From Acutalibacteraceae bacterium (GTDB lineage: Bacteria > Bacillota > Clostridia > Oscillospirales > Acutalibacteraceae), in assembly GCA_045538515.1 (NCBI GenBank), contig JAZSRO010000089.1, positions 22,840 to 86,839 on the forward strand: 64,000 nucleotides of DNA, given 5' to 3'. The notes beneath the pieces were generated by a model. It did not search any database. It saw nothing but the letters and a program-made list of their open reading frames with translations, and was not told where the DNA came from. Shown piece by piece: positions 37,901 to 47,499 of this stretch. The position numbers were made by a program, and so were the translations under genes. Position 1 is the first letter of the stretch, and the number at the start of each line of letters is the position of its first letter.

Positions 37901-38740
37901 TTAAATGGTGAAAGTACTGTGCCGCGCCCTGAGTTTTGCAGGCGTTACACCGTAGTGCTTCTTGAAGATTTTTTGAAAATGACTAAAACTCGCATAGCCT
38001 ACATCCTCTGATATCTGTTCGATTTCCTTTTGGCTTAGCACAATTTCCTTATGCGCGGTGGAAAGACGGAGATTAAGCACATAATCGTGAAGTGAAACCC
38101 CAAGATTTTGCCACATAAGTTTTGAAAGGCGGCTGCGGCTATAATTTGATATACGGACAAGTGCCGCCACTCCCTCTTTCATATTTTCGGGTTTGTTCAT
38201 TTCTTTAAGCGCCTCGGCAAGCCACAAGGGCATCGTGACCGACTGCAGTCTTGCGTTATCCATATATGTTTTTATAAGCAAACTCAAAAGCAACCGCATA
38301 TCGTGCTCTGACGACAGTGATTCAATGTTTTCAAACAGGGCATATACACTCTCTGTTATACCCGCACAGGTATAAATGGTAGGTGCCGACTTTTGATACT
38401 CTTTTTCAACATCCAAATCAAACGCGCGACACATACGCTCAAATTCCGAACGCTCAACAGACAGGCATATTGCCGTTACATCGTTAGATTGACTTATAGA
38501 ATCGTGATATTCACCCGGAGAAAGCAAAAAGATATCATCTTTATGCAATTTATAAAGTTCGTTATTGATATTGTGAACATTTTCACCCTTTAGCACGAGC
38601 ATCCATTCAAAAAAATCGTGTGTATGCCACACAGCGCTCAGTTTTCTGCCCTTTGCGCCCTCCAAATACTGAAAAATATAATTACCTTTTTCGCGTATTT
38701 TTTCAAACTTTAATGTGTTTCCAGCAGGTTTCTTCTCCAT
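37901..38740 (-). CDS. AraC-family transcriptional regulator (cupin sensor + HTH)
   Basis: N-terminal cupin-like WHTHDFFEWMLVLKG. C-terminal EDVGYASFSHFQKIFKKHYGVTPAKLR is the AraC HTH signature. Confidence 0.9.
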   Translation of the reverse strand: MEKKPAGNTLKFEKIREKGNYIFQYLEGAKGRKLSAVWHTHDFFEWMLVLKGENVHNINNELYKLHKDDIFLLSPGEYHDSISQSNDVTAICLSVERSEFERMCRAFDLDVEKEYQKSAPTIYTCAGITESVYALFENIESLSSEHDMRLLLSLLIKTYMDNARLQSVTMPLWLAEALKEMNKPENMKEGVAALVRISNYSRSRLSKLMWQNLGVSLHDYVLNLRLSTAHKEIVLSQKEIEQISEDVGYASFSHFQKIFKKHYGVTPAKLRARHSTFTI

Positions 38741-38912
38741 ACCGTCACCAGCGTTCTTTATTGTTTGGCTTCATTGTATCACAGTGTTTTGGAATTTACA
38801 ACAACAGTGTTAAAAATCGCATAAACACAATCAAAAAGTGTCTATTTTCGCTTAAAAAAGGGTGATATCCTGTGCTCAGTAACAAAAAATCGCATTTTCG
38901 AGGGTTAAAAAT

Positions 38913-39737
38913 ATGAATTATCCACTCTTGCTTTTTTCAATTCTTCTGGCGGTTGGGTGCAATATTTTATATCACAAACTCGGGGACATGCGCAGCCCAT
39001 TTATGTTTTCAGCTGTATCTTCACTCTCGTGGGTTTTGATGCTTATTTTCGGCGGGGCTGTCAACATACAATTGACAGAAGTCTTTTTCGGCGTAGCATA
39101 CGGCATTATACAGGCGCTGTTTTTGTATTTTAAGATGCGCGCTATGGGAACGGGGCCCGTTTCCATCACAAGCGTCATCGGCAACTGTTCTATGCTGCTT
39201 TCGACAATTTTCGGTATTTTATATTTTAAGGAAAGCGTTAATCTCTGGCAGATTTTTGGTGTTTTGGGAATTATCATATCGGTTTTGTTGTGTCTCGATG
39301 CCAAATCAGATATGAAAGCGGCGCCTAAATGGAAGTTTTTCTGTATTGGATTTTTCTTTTTTGCCGCCGCTACGGGCATTGTTTTCAAATTGTTCAGCAA
39401 AACAGACGGCAACGGCAACAATATGATGCTTATATCTGCTTTCACCATGGTTTTATTTATGCTAACACTGTCTTTTTTGAAAAAGGAATCTGTATTCTCA
39501 CAAAAGAAAACTCTGTTTTTTGCGGTTTTGGCCGGTGCTATGAGCCTTGGGTACAACCGACTTAATTTATATTTATCGGGCGCTTTACCATCTGTAATTT
39601 TCTTTCCCATATTTAACGGTGCTATTGTTTTGATTGTAACAGTTTTAGGAATTTTAATTTTCAGAGAACGGCTTTCAAAAAAGCAGATTTCAGGCGTATT
39701 ACTTGGACTTTTGGCAATAATTTTGCTTGGCATATAA
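38913..39737 (+). CDS. DMT-superfamily (EamA/GRP-like) permease, possible sugar transporter
   Basis: 274 aa with about 9-10 TM helices and an internal two-fold repeat. The full-length antisense ORF is compositional junk. Confidence 0.6.
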   Translation: MNYPLLLFSILLAVGCNILYHKLGDMRSPFMFSAVSSLSWVLMLIFGGAVNIQLTEVFFGVAYGIIQALFLYFKMRAMGTGPVSITSVIGNCSMLLSTIFGILYFKESVNLWQIFGVLGIIISVLLCLDAKSDMKAAPKWKFFCIGFFFFAAATGIVFKLFSKTDGNGNNMMLISAFTMVLFMLTLSFLKKESVFSQKKTLFFAVLAGAMSLGYNRLNLYLSGALPSVIFFPIFNGAIVLIVTVLGILIFRERLSKKQISGVLLGLLAIILLGI

Positions 39738-39749
39738 GGAGTGTTTTTT

Positions 39750-41381
39750 ATGATAAATTTTGAGCACAAATTACCTTCAATGAATATTGACGGCAGAAAC
39801 AACGGCACCTATAACAACCACGAACTTGGTTTCCCCTCTATCCTCACAACCCGCGATGCGAAATTGGGACTTTTTCTAAAAGCACTCAGAAACAGCATTT
39901 TATCTGAGCGGTCGCTTGTTTTTATAGACGGCAAAATTTTGCTTGTTGATAAAAACTGGATTCGTGACCACGTACATATTACAAAGGCTATGCGCCACTG
40001 GGAACAGCGCTTTGGTGATTTTTTGGACTTTATTATTGCCACCCAGCGCGAAGACGGTCAGTTTTATGAACTGATAAAACAGTATGACGACGAACATTGG
40101 AAGATGGTAAACGAAGACTGTTATATTATGTATCCCGATGACAATCTTTCGCTTGTAAGACTTGAACTTGAGGCGGATGTTGAGTATCTTGTGGTTGAAG
40201 GCGCCACCTATCTTTACCGCACAACAGGCGATGACGAATGGCTCTCAAATGTTTTACCCGCTCTTGAAAAAGGTATTGACTATATGATGAGCGATGAAAA
40301 GCGTTTTGACGAGGAACACGGCCTTGTCAAGCGCCCCTTTACTATTGATACGTGGGATTTCACCTATGACGCCACCAATAACACAAAAAGCGCAGAAGAC
40401 CGCCGTATAAATCCCGATACACCTATGTCGATTATGCACGGTGACAACTCGGGCGTTTATCAGGCTATGATACAACTTGCATGGTTTAACCGTAGACTTG
40501 GCAATGAAGATAAAGCGAAAGAGTGGGAAAAACGCGCCGCCGTATTAAAGGACAACATATTCAAGCACCTGTGGAACGGCAAATTTTTTATTCACCAACT
40601 TCATTTAGGTCACAAGGGCGCGGATAACCTTGAAAACGAGCGTCTTTCCCTTTCCAACACATACGACATAAACCGAGGAGTTACAGACCTTTGGCAGTCG
40701 CGCAAGATTATTGAAGAATATATGCGCCGCCGCGAAACAACCAACCTCTTTGCCGAATGGTTTACGATTGACCCGCCGTATGAAAACTTTATAGGCTACA
40801 CCACAGGTGAATACGTAAACGGCGCCGTATCGCCCTTTACAGCGGGGGAACTCTCAAAAGCGGCATTCAATAACGGCTATGAAAGTTACGGATACGATAT
40901 CATCAAGCGCTTTATGAAATTAGTAGAGCGTGACGGCACATCGTATTTCTTATATTTCCCCGATTCAGCACCACAGGCGGACAGAGGGCCGAGCGCGTGG
41001 GGCGCCGCAGCACTTATAAGCGCGGTTGACGAAGGTCTTGCGGGTATTGAAGATATCGGCGTAAACTATGACGAAATCCGCCTTTCTCCACGTTTTACCG
41101 TCACAGAATATGACGAACTGCGTTATCTTACGGGCTACGAATGTTCGAATACTTTGGTTGATTTGCGGTATATATTAAAAGATGAAGGTATGCGTTACGA
41201 CCTTTATTCCCCCGCTAAATCAGTAAACGCGCACATTATGCTACCCGAAGGTAAAACGGCCAAAACACTTTACATTAACGGCAAAGAAAGCGGTTTTACA
41301 CATTGCCGTGTTGCAAACAGTAATTATATCGATGTTTGTGTGAGGGCAGACGGTTATGTGAGTTTCGAAATAATTTTCTAA
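39750..41381 (+). CDS. Unassigned (alpha/alpha)6-barrel glycosidase-like protein
   Basis: ATG at 39750 lies 8 nt after GGAG. The protein is about 543 aa with no signal peptide. The helical-repeat pattern and the ...PSAWGAAALISAVDEGLAGI segment resemble six-hairpin glycosidases. It is co-transcribed with the DMT permease. Confidence 0.45.
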   Translation: MINFEHKLPSMNIDGRNNGTYNNHELGFPSILTTRDAKLGLFLKALRNSILSERSLVFIDGKILLVDKNWIRDHVHITKAMRHWEQRFGDFLDFIIATQREDGQFYELIKQYDDEHWKMVNEDCYIMYPDDNLSLVRLELEADVEYLVVEGATYLYRTTGDDEWLSNVLPALEKGIDYMMSDEKRFDEEHGLVKRPFTIDTWDFTYDATNNTKSAEDRRINPDTPMSIMHGDNSGVYQAMIQLAWFNRRLGNEDKAKEWEKRAAVLKDNIFKHLWNGKFFIHQLHLGHKGADNLENERLSLSNTYDINRGVTDLWQSRKIIEEYMRRRETTNLFAEWFTIDPPYENFIGYTTGEYVNGAVSPFTAGELSKAAFNNGYESYGYDIIKRFMKLVERDGTSYFLYFPDSAPQADRGPSAWGAAALISAVDEGLAGIEDIGVNYDEIRLSPRFTVTEYDELRYLTGYECSNTLVDLRYILKDEGMRYDLYSPAKSVNAHIMLPEGKTAKTLYINGKESGFTHCRVANSNYIDVCVRADGYVSFEIIF

Positions 41382-41383
41382 AT

Positions 41384-41414
41384 AAAAAAGAGAGCCGTGA
41401 GGCTCTCTTTTTTA
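41384..41414. terminator. Bidirectional terminator
   Basis: AAGAGAGCC-GTGA-GGCTCTCTT with flanking A and T runs. Confidence 0.8.
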
Positions 41415-42083
41415 TCTTGTAAAATCAAAATCACATTTTTTGAGGAATGCTTTGGCAAGAATATGTGCGCCGAGGAAATTCGGATGTATTCTGTCAAGCG
41501 CTATAATTGCCGAATGATAATACTTTAAGAATTCATCAAACGCCGCTTGGAAATCAACGAGTATACAACCGTGTTTTTGGGCAACCTTTTTACAAATTGC
41601 GCCGTACTCGTCCATACGTTTGCGCATAGCATCTTCCTTGCAAGACTCAATCATAAACGGAGTTGCAATGAAAATTCCCTTTACGTCAAGGTTTTCGTGA
41701 ATTCGTCTTATCATTTCTTCAAGATTTGCCTCATATTCATCGGGTAAAACGTGTCTGTCGGGCAATATGGGACTTGCAAACTGACTCCAAACGTCGTTAA
41801 TACCAAGGCAGATTGAAACCCAATTTGGTTTATATCCCTTAGGCGCTGGGTCCAAAACGTCTTCATCAAAACGTGCAAGATATGAACGTGTTGTTGCGCC
41901 CGAATGACCTGCGTTGGAAAGACGAAGTTCAAGTTCGGGATAACTTGAAGTTAAAAAACAATGCATCATATTAACGTAAGTTGTGTTTCCAAGGCCGTTA
42001 AGTTCACCTATCGGCTGATTGCTACCCATATCGGTAACCGAGTCACCTGCGAATAAAATTCTGTCGCCTTTTTCAAAAATCAT
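41412..42083 (-). CDS. SGNH/GDSL hydrolase (esterase)
   Basis: FAGDSVTDMG, GHSGATT, LGINDV and DRIHPN blocks. Confidence 0.8.
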   Translation of the reverse strand: MIFEKGDRILFAGDSVTDMGSNQPIGELNGLGNTTYVNMMHCFLTSSYPELELRLSNAGHSGATTRSYLARFDEDVLDPAPKGYKPNWVSICLGINDVWSQFASPILPDRHVLPDEYEANLEEMIRRIHENLDVKGIFIATPFMIESCKEDAMRKRMDEYGAICKKVAQKHGCILVDFQAAFDEFLKYYHSAIIALDRIHPNFLGAHILAKAFLKKCDFDFTR

Positions 42084-42092
42084 AAAATCACC

Positions 42093-44408
42093 TTAAAATC
42101 CTTGTATTTCTAAAAGGTCGCCGCGTTTTAACCAGTTTACAACGTCTATAAAATTGTAAGGCGCGGGGCCGCTTATGTAATGGTTTTTATATTGTTTGCC
42201 GTCCACATTCCACTCTATAAAATAGAAATGGTTTTTAGAATCGGGTTTAATAATATCAAGGTCTTTTGCGCTGTTTGCATCAATGGTGAATTCGCCCTCT
42301 AAAGCAAAACTGTCATCCGTAAAATCGGTAACCTTATATTTAACAGTTTTGGGTACGAGATATTCGTTTGCGGCTACAAGTGTGAGCGCGTTCGGTTTTT
42401 CCTCGCTTACCATAAGACATACGGGTTCTTGTATGCGCTTTATGGTGTGGTATGCTAACTTTTTGCAGTAGTAATAGTCCACAACGGAATCCGAAAACTG
42501 CGGCCAACCGTCCACAAGGTTCCACCAGATGAGTCCTGTCCTTCTCCATTTTGCCGTACGGAAACGCTCAATAAAGAATTTCTTTGCTTCACTTTGCGAA
42601 ATCTGACTAGCCAAAGCAAAATCTTCTATATTTTCCGGCGTGAAACCGAAAAGCACTTCGATTTGGGATGCCATAAGCGGATTGCGGAAAGAATATTCCG
42701 CTTCGTTTCCGAGTTCCATACAGGTTGCGTGAACCTGCCAATCGTCATTATCCTGCCAGGGCCAAAGTTTATCTTCGGGGATAAATTTCTTTATAGATTC
42801 GGGTGACGGACAGCCGTGGTAACCCGTTTCACTAGCAAAATATGCCGGTGAGGTTGTATAAAATTCGCCCTTATAATAGTCGCGCGGACCCCAAAGGTGT
42901 GCTTCGGGCAGACTGTTTTCGGTGCTGTCAAGATATCCGACCGTGGATACATAGGGGGAACTTGCAAGAAAATCTCTTGAAGGGTCAAAATCGGATATCA
43001 CGCGGGGTAAAACCTCACGCGTAAGTTTGTTGAGCGCGGGATTGCGCCTTGATTTAGTCCACTGTGCTGTGGCAGCGTCACACTCGTTATCTCCCGCCCA
43101 GAGTGCAATAGACGGGTGCATACGAAGTTTCTTTACAACCGACTCTGCCTCCGCTTTTAACATCTCACAGGCGCGGTCATTCTGCGGATATGCAGCACAG
43201 CCCATTGCAAAATCCTGCCACACTAAAATTCCGTGTGTATCGCAAAAATCGAAAAATTCGTGGTCTTCATAGACATTACCGCCCCAACAGCGTACCATAT
43301 TGCAGTTAATGTCATAAAGCATCTCAAGTGCGTTAGGCAGACGCTCTTTATCACGCGAATGGAAGGCATCCATCGGCACCCAGTTTGTGCCACGGGCGAA
43401 GAACTTTTCGCCGTTGACCATAAACACAAACTCACCGTTGCCGTTTTCGTCAATAGTTTCGGTGCGGTTAAGTCTTACAGTGCGGATACCGAGTTTGAGT
43501 TCCTTTACATCAACCGTTTCGCCCCGCTTTTTAAGCGTGGCTTTTACATCGTACATATCCTGCGCTCCCATATCGCGCGGCCACCAGAGCACAGGATTTT
43601 CTACTGTGAATATAATCTTTCCCTGTGTATGCCAAAGCGCTTTTTGCGACCAAGAAAACTCACTATCTCCGCATTTACCGCTGATTATAAGCGAATAATC
43701 GGTACTGTAATCATCAGAAACGGTAACGGTATATAATCCGTGCATATAGGCGTTGCCGTCCCCGAGTTCTGCGGTGTAAATATATATATCGTCTATGCGG
43801 TCGCACTTTTCGTTTTTGATATATACGTCACGCCAAAGTCCCGCAGATACAAAGCGCGGCATAATGTCCCAACCGAACATATGCGATGCTTTGCGAAGAT
43901 TTAGCGAACCCGCGTTATAGGGCAGATGTGTTATAACATCGGCATCAAATCTATGTTTTCTTGCCTCTATTACGGCGGGTTTTATATGTACAAGCAGTTC
44001 GTTTTTGCCGTTTTTGAGCAGATTTTCTGCTATCGCGAATTTATGCTCTATAAACATATTTTCGGGCGAACCCAAGAGTCTGCCGTTTACATAAACATCG
44101 GCAACGGTATCAACACCGCAAAGATTAAGGGTGAGGTTTTTCTTGTCCTCTACCGTGAAGTCGCGCACATACCAAAGGTGCCTGTTTTCAAGTTTCTGTA
44201 TTTTGTGCGGATTTTGTGAATAAAACGGGTCATCAATCAGTCCCGCCCTATACATATCAAGTTCAAAATTACCCGGTACAATAGCATCTATTGCCGGTAT
44301 TTTTTTGCGGCGAAGTGCCTTTTCGGTACAAATATTTTCGGCGAAATCGGCGCAGTTTTTATTTTCCGCTATGTAAAGACGCCAATTTCCGTTAAGCATT
44401 GTCTTCAT
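42093..44408 (-). CDS. GH2 glycoside hydrolase, beta-mannosidase-like
   Basis: The N-terminus LNGNWRLYIA is typical of GH2 beta-mannosidases. The acid/base region is LWAGDNE and the TIM barrel carries VWQDFAMGCA. There is no signal peptide. Start chosen at ATG 44408. Confidence 0.75.
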   Translation of the reverse strand: MKTMLNGNWRLYIAENKNCADFAENICTEKALRRKKIPAIDAIVPGNFELDMYRAGLIDDPFYSQNPHKIQKLENRHLWYVRDFTVEDKKNLTLNLCGVDTVADVYVNGRLLGSPENMFIEHKFAIAENLLKNGKNELLVHIKPAVIEARKHRFDADVITHLPYNAGSLNLRKASHMFGWDIMPRFVSAGLWRDVYIKNEKCDRIDDIYIYTAELGDGNAYMHGLYTVTVSDDYSTDYSLIISGKCGDSEFSWSQKALWHTQGKIIFTVENPVLWWPRDMGAQDMYDVKATLKKRGETVDVKELKLGIRTVRLNRTETIDENGNGEFVFMVNGEKFFARGTNWVPMDAFHSRDKERLPNALEMLYDINCNMVRCWGGNVYEDHEFFDFCDTHGILVWQDFAMGCAAYPQNDRACEMLKAEAESVVKKLRMHPSIALWAGDNECDAATAQWTKSRRNPALNKLTREVLPRVISDFDPSRDFLASSPYVSTVGYLDSTENSLPEAHLWGPRDYYKGEFYTTSPAYFASETGYHGCPSPESIKKFIPEDKLWPWQDNDDWQVHATCMELGNEAEYSFRNPLMASQIEVLFGFTPENIEDFALASQISQSEAKKFFIERFRTAKWRRTGLIWWNLVDGWPQFSDSVVDYYYCKKLAYHTIKRIQEPVCLMVSEEKPNALTLVAANEYLVPKTVKYKVTDFTDDSFALEGEFTIDANSAKDLDIIKPDSKNHFYFIEWNVDGKQYKNHYISGPAPYNFIDVVNWLKRGDLLEIQGF

Positions 44409-44504
44409 ATACAACACATCCTTCTCAGGTTATTTTAACCTATACCACACTTAAAATCTACCCTAATTTTAATCATTTCTATGTGATTTTTAATTTTTGT
44501 TCTG

Positions 44505-45398
44505 TCATTTCTTGTTTTCGGGGCGATGTAATTTAAGAAAATCTATAAACTCTCTCATATCTGGAGAAAGCCAACGGTTTTTGTGACACAAAAGTTGGCT
44601 GTAATACGGTTGCTCATCAACATCCACCGAAAGTTTTACAAGACTTTTATTTTTCAGTTCTTCACTCACGCAATATTCGGGTAACAAGGCAAGTCCCATT
44701 CCCTTTTTGGCAAGTTCGGCTATGACGAAAACATTGTCAATCTCCGCCGCTATATTTATGTTTTCACCCTGTTCTGCCGCTATAGCGCGTAAACACTTAT
44801 GACAGGTGCCCTCTTTTTCGGTTACCAAAAAGTCGTGTTTTGCAAGTTCTGAAAATGGGATGTTTTTTTCTTTTGCCAAGGGATGTTCTCTGCCGCAAAC
44901 GAAAACAAGTTGCTCTTTGCAAATATAATGACAGGCAAAAAGCGGTTCTGTGTTAAGCACCGAGGAAACAAAAACCATATCTAATCTGTTGTGTTTAAGG
45001 TCTTCAAACAGATCATCTATTCTGTGGCCTGTTTTTATGTTAAGCGACACATTTTCGCACTTCTTTTTGAATTTCGGCAACAAATCGGTTATTACCGCAA
45101 AAAGAAGCGATTCCGAAACGCCTATTCGCAGCAAACTCTGTTTATTTCCGCCGCCTATTTTTTCTGCGGACGACAGCATATTGACAAGTTCATACGCAAG
45201 TGTCAAAAACTCCTCCCCCGCCGCAGTTAAAAATATTTTGCGTCCCACGCGGTCAAAAAGCGGAACACCTAATTCCTTTTCAAGTTGTTTAATCTGTATT
45301 GTTACGGTTGATTGAACATAACACAGTTCCTCTGCCGCCTTGGTAAAACTTCCGAGTTCTGCAACCTTTATAAAGGTTTTTACATTTTTTACATCCAT
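44505..45398 (-). CDS. LysR-family transcriptional regulator
   Basis: Start at MDVKNVKTFIKVAELGSFTKAAEELCYVQSTVTIQIKQLE, a LysR HTH. Confidence 0.9.
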   Translation of the reverse strand: MDVKNVKTFIKVAELGSFTKAAEELCYVQSTVTIQIKQLEKELGVPLFDRVGRKIFLTAAGEEFLTLAYELVNMLSSAEKIGGGNKQSLLRIGVSESLLFAVITDLLPKFKKKCENVSLNIKTGHRIDDLFEDLKHNRLDMVFVSSVLNTEPLFACHYICKEQLVFVCGREHPLAKEKNIPFSELAKHDFLVTEKEGTCHKCLRAIAAEQGENINIAAEIDNVFVIAELAKKGMGLALLPEYCVSEELKNKSLVKLSVDVDEQPYYSQLLCHKNRWLSPDMREFIDFLKLHRPENKK

Positions 45399-45410
45399 AA
45401 GCACCAATCC

Positions 45411-45425
45411 ATTAAAAATTTTAAT
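45411..45425. promoter_or_regulatory. Candidate LysR box (T-N11-A palindrome) in the divergent LysR/YitT promoter region
   Basis: ATTAAAA-A-TTTTAAT is a perfect 7-bp-arm palindrome, 13 nt upstream of the LysR start. Confidence 0.4.
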
Positions 45426-45510
45426 GCTTTTAATCAAAAACATTCGTTTTATAAATTTATGGTAACACATTATACTGTTTCTGTAAATACAAAATTTGGA
45501 GTTTTATGTT

Positions 45511-46392
45511 ATGAAAAAAAGCGCAAAATCAGTAGTGGAATACGCCGTAATTATTGCAATGGCACTGCTTCAGTCGGTCAACTATCATTTTTTCATTGTG
45601 GAAAACAATTTTGCACCCGCGGGACTTAATGGTTTGCTTACAATGATTCAGTATAAAACGGGCATAAGTTTAAGTTATACAACGCTCATTGTTTGTATGC
45701 CGCTTTGTGTTTTGCTTTTCTTTTTTGTAAGCCGAAAATACGCGGTACGCTCGGCAGTTTTCACCATTGTTAACTCTTTTTCGTACCTTTATCTGCAACA
45801 TTTGGGGCTTGACAGCCTTAAATATGACGCAGGCGGACACGACACCGTTTTCCCCGCTATCATAAGCGGCGTTCTTGCGGGTGTTATAAGCGGACTATGT
45901 TTTGCTAATCACTCGGCATCAGGCGGAATGGAAATGGTTTCTAAATACATAAGCAAAATAAACCCCACCTCTAATTTTTTTGTTGTTTCTTTCATACTTA
46001 ACGCCCTTGTGGCAATAGTTTCGCTTTTTGTATATTCGGACAAAGGCTTTTTGGATTACAAGCCCGTTGCACTGTGCATAACCTATTGTTTTGTTTCGAG
46101 CGCAGTCGGCAACTATATATTAAAGGGTTCCAAAACCGCATACAAGTTTACAATTATTACCACCCACGCGGATGAAATATCGAGTGATATTATGCACATT
46201 TTGCACCACGGCGCCACCAAAATTTCTGCCACAGGCGCCTACACAGGAGGCGAAAAAGATGTGCTTATCTGTGTTGTAAACAAGCATCAACTTACCGATT
46301 TTAAGAAAATTGTGAACAACTATGACGCGACCTTTTCGTTTTATGAACTTGTAAACGAAACCTACGGCAATTTTAAGCATATAAAGCATTGA
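45511..46392 (+). CDS. YitT-family membrane protein (DUF2179 C-terminal domain)
   Basis: Multi-pass N-terminal part. The C-terminal soluble domain carries ATKISATGAYTGGEKDVLICVV. Confidence 0.8.
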   Translation: MKKSAKSVVEYAVIIAMALLQSVNYHFFIVENNFAPAGLNGLLTMIQYKTGISLSYTTLIVCMPLCVLLFFFVSRKYAVRSAVFTIVNSFSYLYLQHLGLDSLKYDAGGHDTVFPAIISGVLAGVISGLCFANHSASGGMEMVSKYISKINPTSNFFVVSFILNALVAIVSLFVYSDKGFLDYKPVALCITYCFVSSAVGNYILKGSKTAYKFTIITTHADEISSDIMHILHHGATKISATGAYTGGEKDVLICVVNKHQLTDFKKIVNNYDATFSFYELVNETYGNFKHIKH

Positions 46393-46434
46393 CAGTATAT
46401 ATTTCTGTGTGTTATAAATTTCTTGGGTGATATT

Positions 46435-47141
46435 ATGAATTTCAAAGAGCAACATAAGAAAAAAGCCGTCACCTTTAGTTTTGATGACGGTGTTACACAA
46501 GATATCAGAATGGTAGAATTGCTTAATAAATACGGGCTTTTTGCAACCTTTAATGTTAATTCGGAAGCACTTGCAACGCGCGGATTTTTGGATAGAAGAG
46601 GAAAGAGAATTTCGCACTATAAACTGCACCCCGAAGACGTAAAATTTGTATACGACGGTCACGAGGTTGCGGCGCACACGCTGACGCATCCCTTGCTTAC
46701 CGCTATTGCGGATGACTGCGAGATTATAAGACAGGTGGAAAAAGACCGCGAAAACTTATCAGAACTTGCAGGATATGAGGTTGTCGGTATGGCTTACCCC
46801 TGTGGCGGAGAGAATAACGATGACCGCGTTGCCGAAATTATAAAAAACAACACGGGTGTAAAATACGCGCGTACCATAAAAAGTGTACATAATTTTGATG
46901 TTCAGGAAAACCTCTTCCGCTTTAATCCAAGCGTTTATTATCTCCACTTTGACAAGATGATGGAACTCGGTAGGCAATTTGTGGAACTTAAAACCGAAAA
47001 CCGCAGATTTTCTATATCTGGGGCCACTCGTATGAGATGGATTATGAAGAAGATTATTGGGTGAAATTTGAGGAATTTTTGAAACTCATTTCGGGTAAAG
47101 AGGATATTTTTTACGGAACTAACAAAGAAGTATTGTTATAG
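46435..47141 (+). pseudogene. CE4 polysaccharide deacetylase interrupted by a 1-nt frameshift in an A-run (true pseudogene or homopolymer sequencing error)
   Basis: Frame 1 contains FSFDDG and HEVAAHTLTHP, then degenerates after ...VELKTE. A shift at AAAA 46997-47000 restores KPQIFYIWGHSYEMDYEEDYWVKFEEFLKLISGKEDIFYGTNKEVLL*, ending at TAG 47139-47141 directly before a terminator. Confidence 0.75.
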
Positions 47142-47143
47142 TC

Positions 47144-47172
47144 AAAAAAGGGATGCATCGCATCCCTTTTTA
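47144..47172 (+). terminator. Terminator after the restored CE4 reading frame
   Basis: GGGATGC-ATC-GCATCCC followed by TTTTT. Confidence 0.8.
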
Positions 47173-47204
47173 TTTTTATAGAACAATAAATTTTGTTCCG
47201 CTTA

Positions 47205-47268
47205 TGCCGCGGCGGCACTTACTTTCTGTCCGCACACAGAAAGTAAGCAAAGAAAAACTTGAGGGGGG
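47205..47268. repeat. Structured repeat module, copy A2 (homolog of 7121-7182)
   Basis: TGCCG-CGG-CGGCA followed by CTTACTTTCTGT-CCGCAC-ACAGAAAGTAAG. The stem differs from copy A1 by a two-sided change (C:G becomes A:T). Confidence 0.7.
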
Positions 47269-47278
47269 CGGTGGGTAA

Positions 47279-47455
47279 AGTGATATTGCAAACTATCGTT
47301 TGCAGTGATATTTTTGCCTAACAGCAAAAGTGATATTGAAACCTTGCGGTTTCAGTGGTATTTTATTCGCCAACAAAACTCGCGAAGCGAATACCACTCG
47401 GCGTTAGCCGAATATCACTGCAAAGCAATACAACTCGCCTTTGACGAATAAAACT
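47279..47455 (-). repeat. Hairpin-spaced 9-mer array, copy B (AGTGATATT family; the inverse orientation is collinear with 60887-61057)
   Basis: Forward 9-mers lie at 47279, 47304, 47329 and 47354. Inverted 9-mers lie at 47390, 47411, 47427 and 47447. Spacers include GCAAAC-TATC-GTTTGC, TTTGC-CTAACA-GCAAA, GAAACC-TTGC-GGTTTC and CGGC-GTTA-GCCG. Confidence 0.8.
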
Positions 47456-47482
47456 GCCCAACTTCTTATAAAGAAGTTGGGC
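47456..47482 (-). terminator. Terminator of the 1024-aa glycosidase gene
   Basis: GCCCAACTTCTT-ATA-AAGAAGTTGGGC. On the minus strand it is followed by AGTTTTATT. Confidence 0.75.
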
Positions 47483-47499
47483 GTTGCGTCCCTTTTTTA

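Noticed and set aside
38972-39808. 278-aa ORF fully antisense to the DMT permease gene
   Set aside because: The K/P/S-rich, low-complexity translation is typical of the reverse frame of a membrane protein. The plus-strand product has coherent TM helices and a ribosome-binding site.
46120-46689. 189-aa minus-strand ORF spanning the YitT/CE4 junction
   Set aside because: It overlaps two well-supported plus-strand genes and their intergenic region. It has no motif or ribosome-binding site.
47279-47455. CRISPR-like interpretation of the short repeat/spacer arrays (this applies also to 56745-56933 and 60887-61057)
   Set aside because: The repeats are only 9-10 nt and flip orientation mid-array. 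The spacers are 7-28 nt and mostly self-complementary. No cas genes or leader sequence are present.
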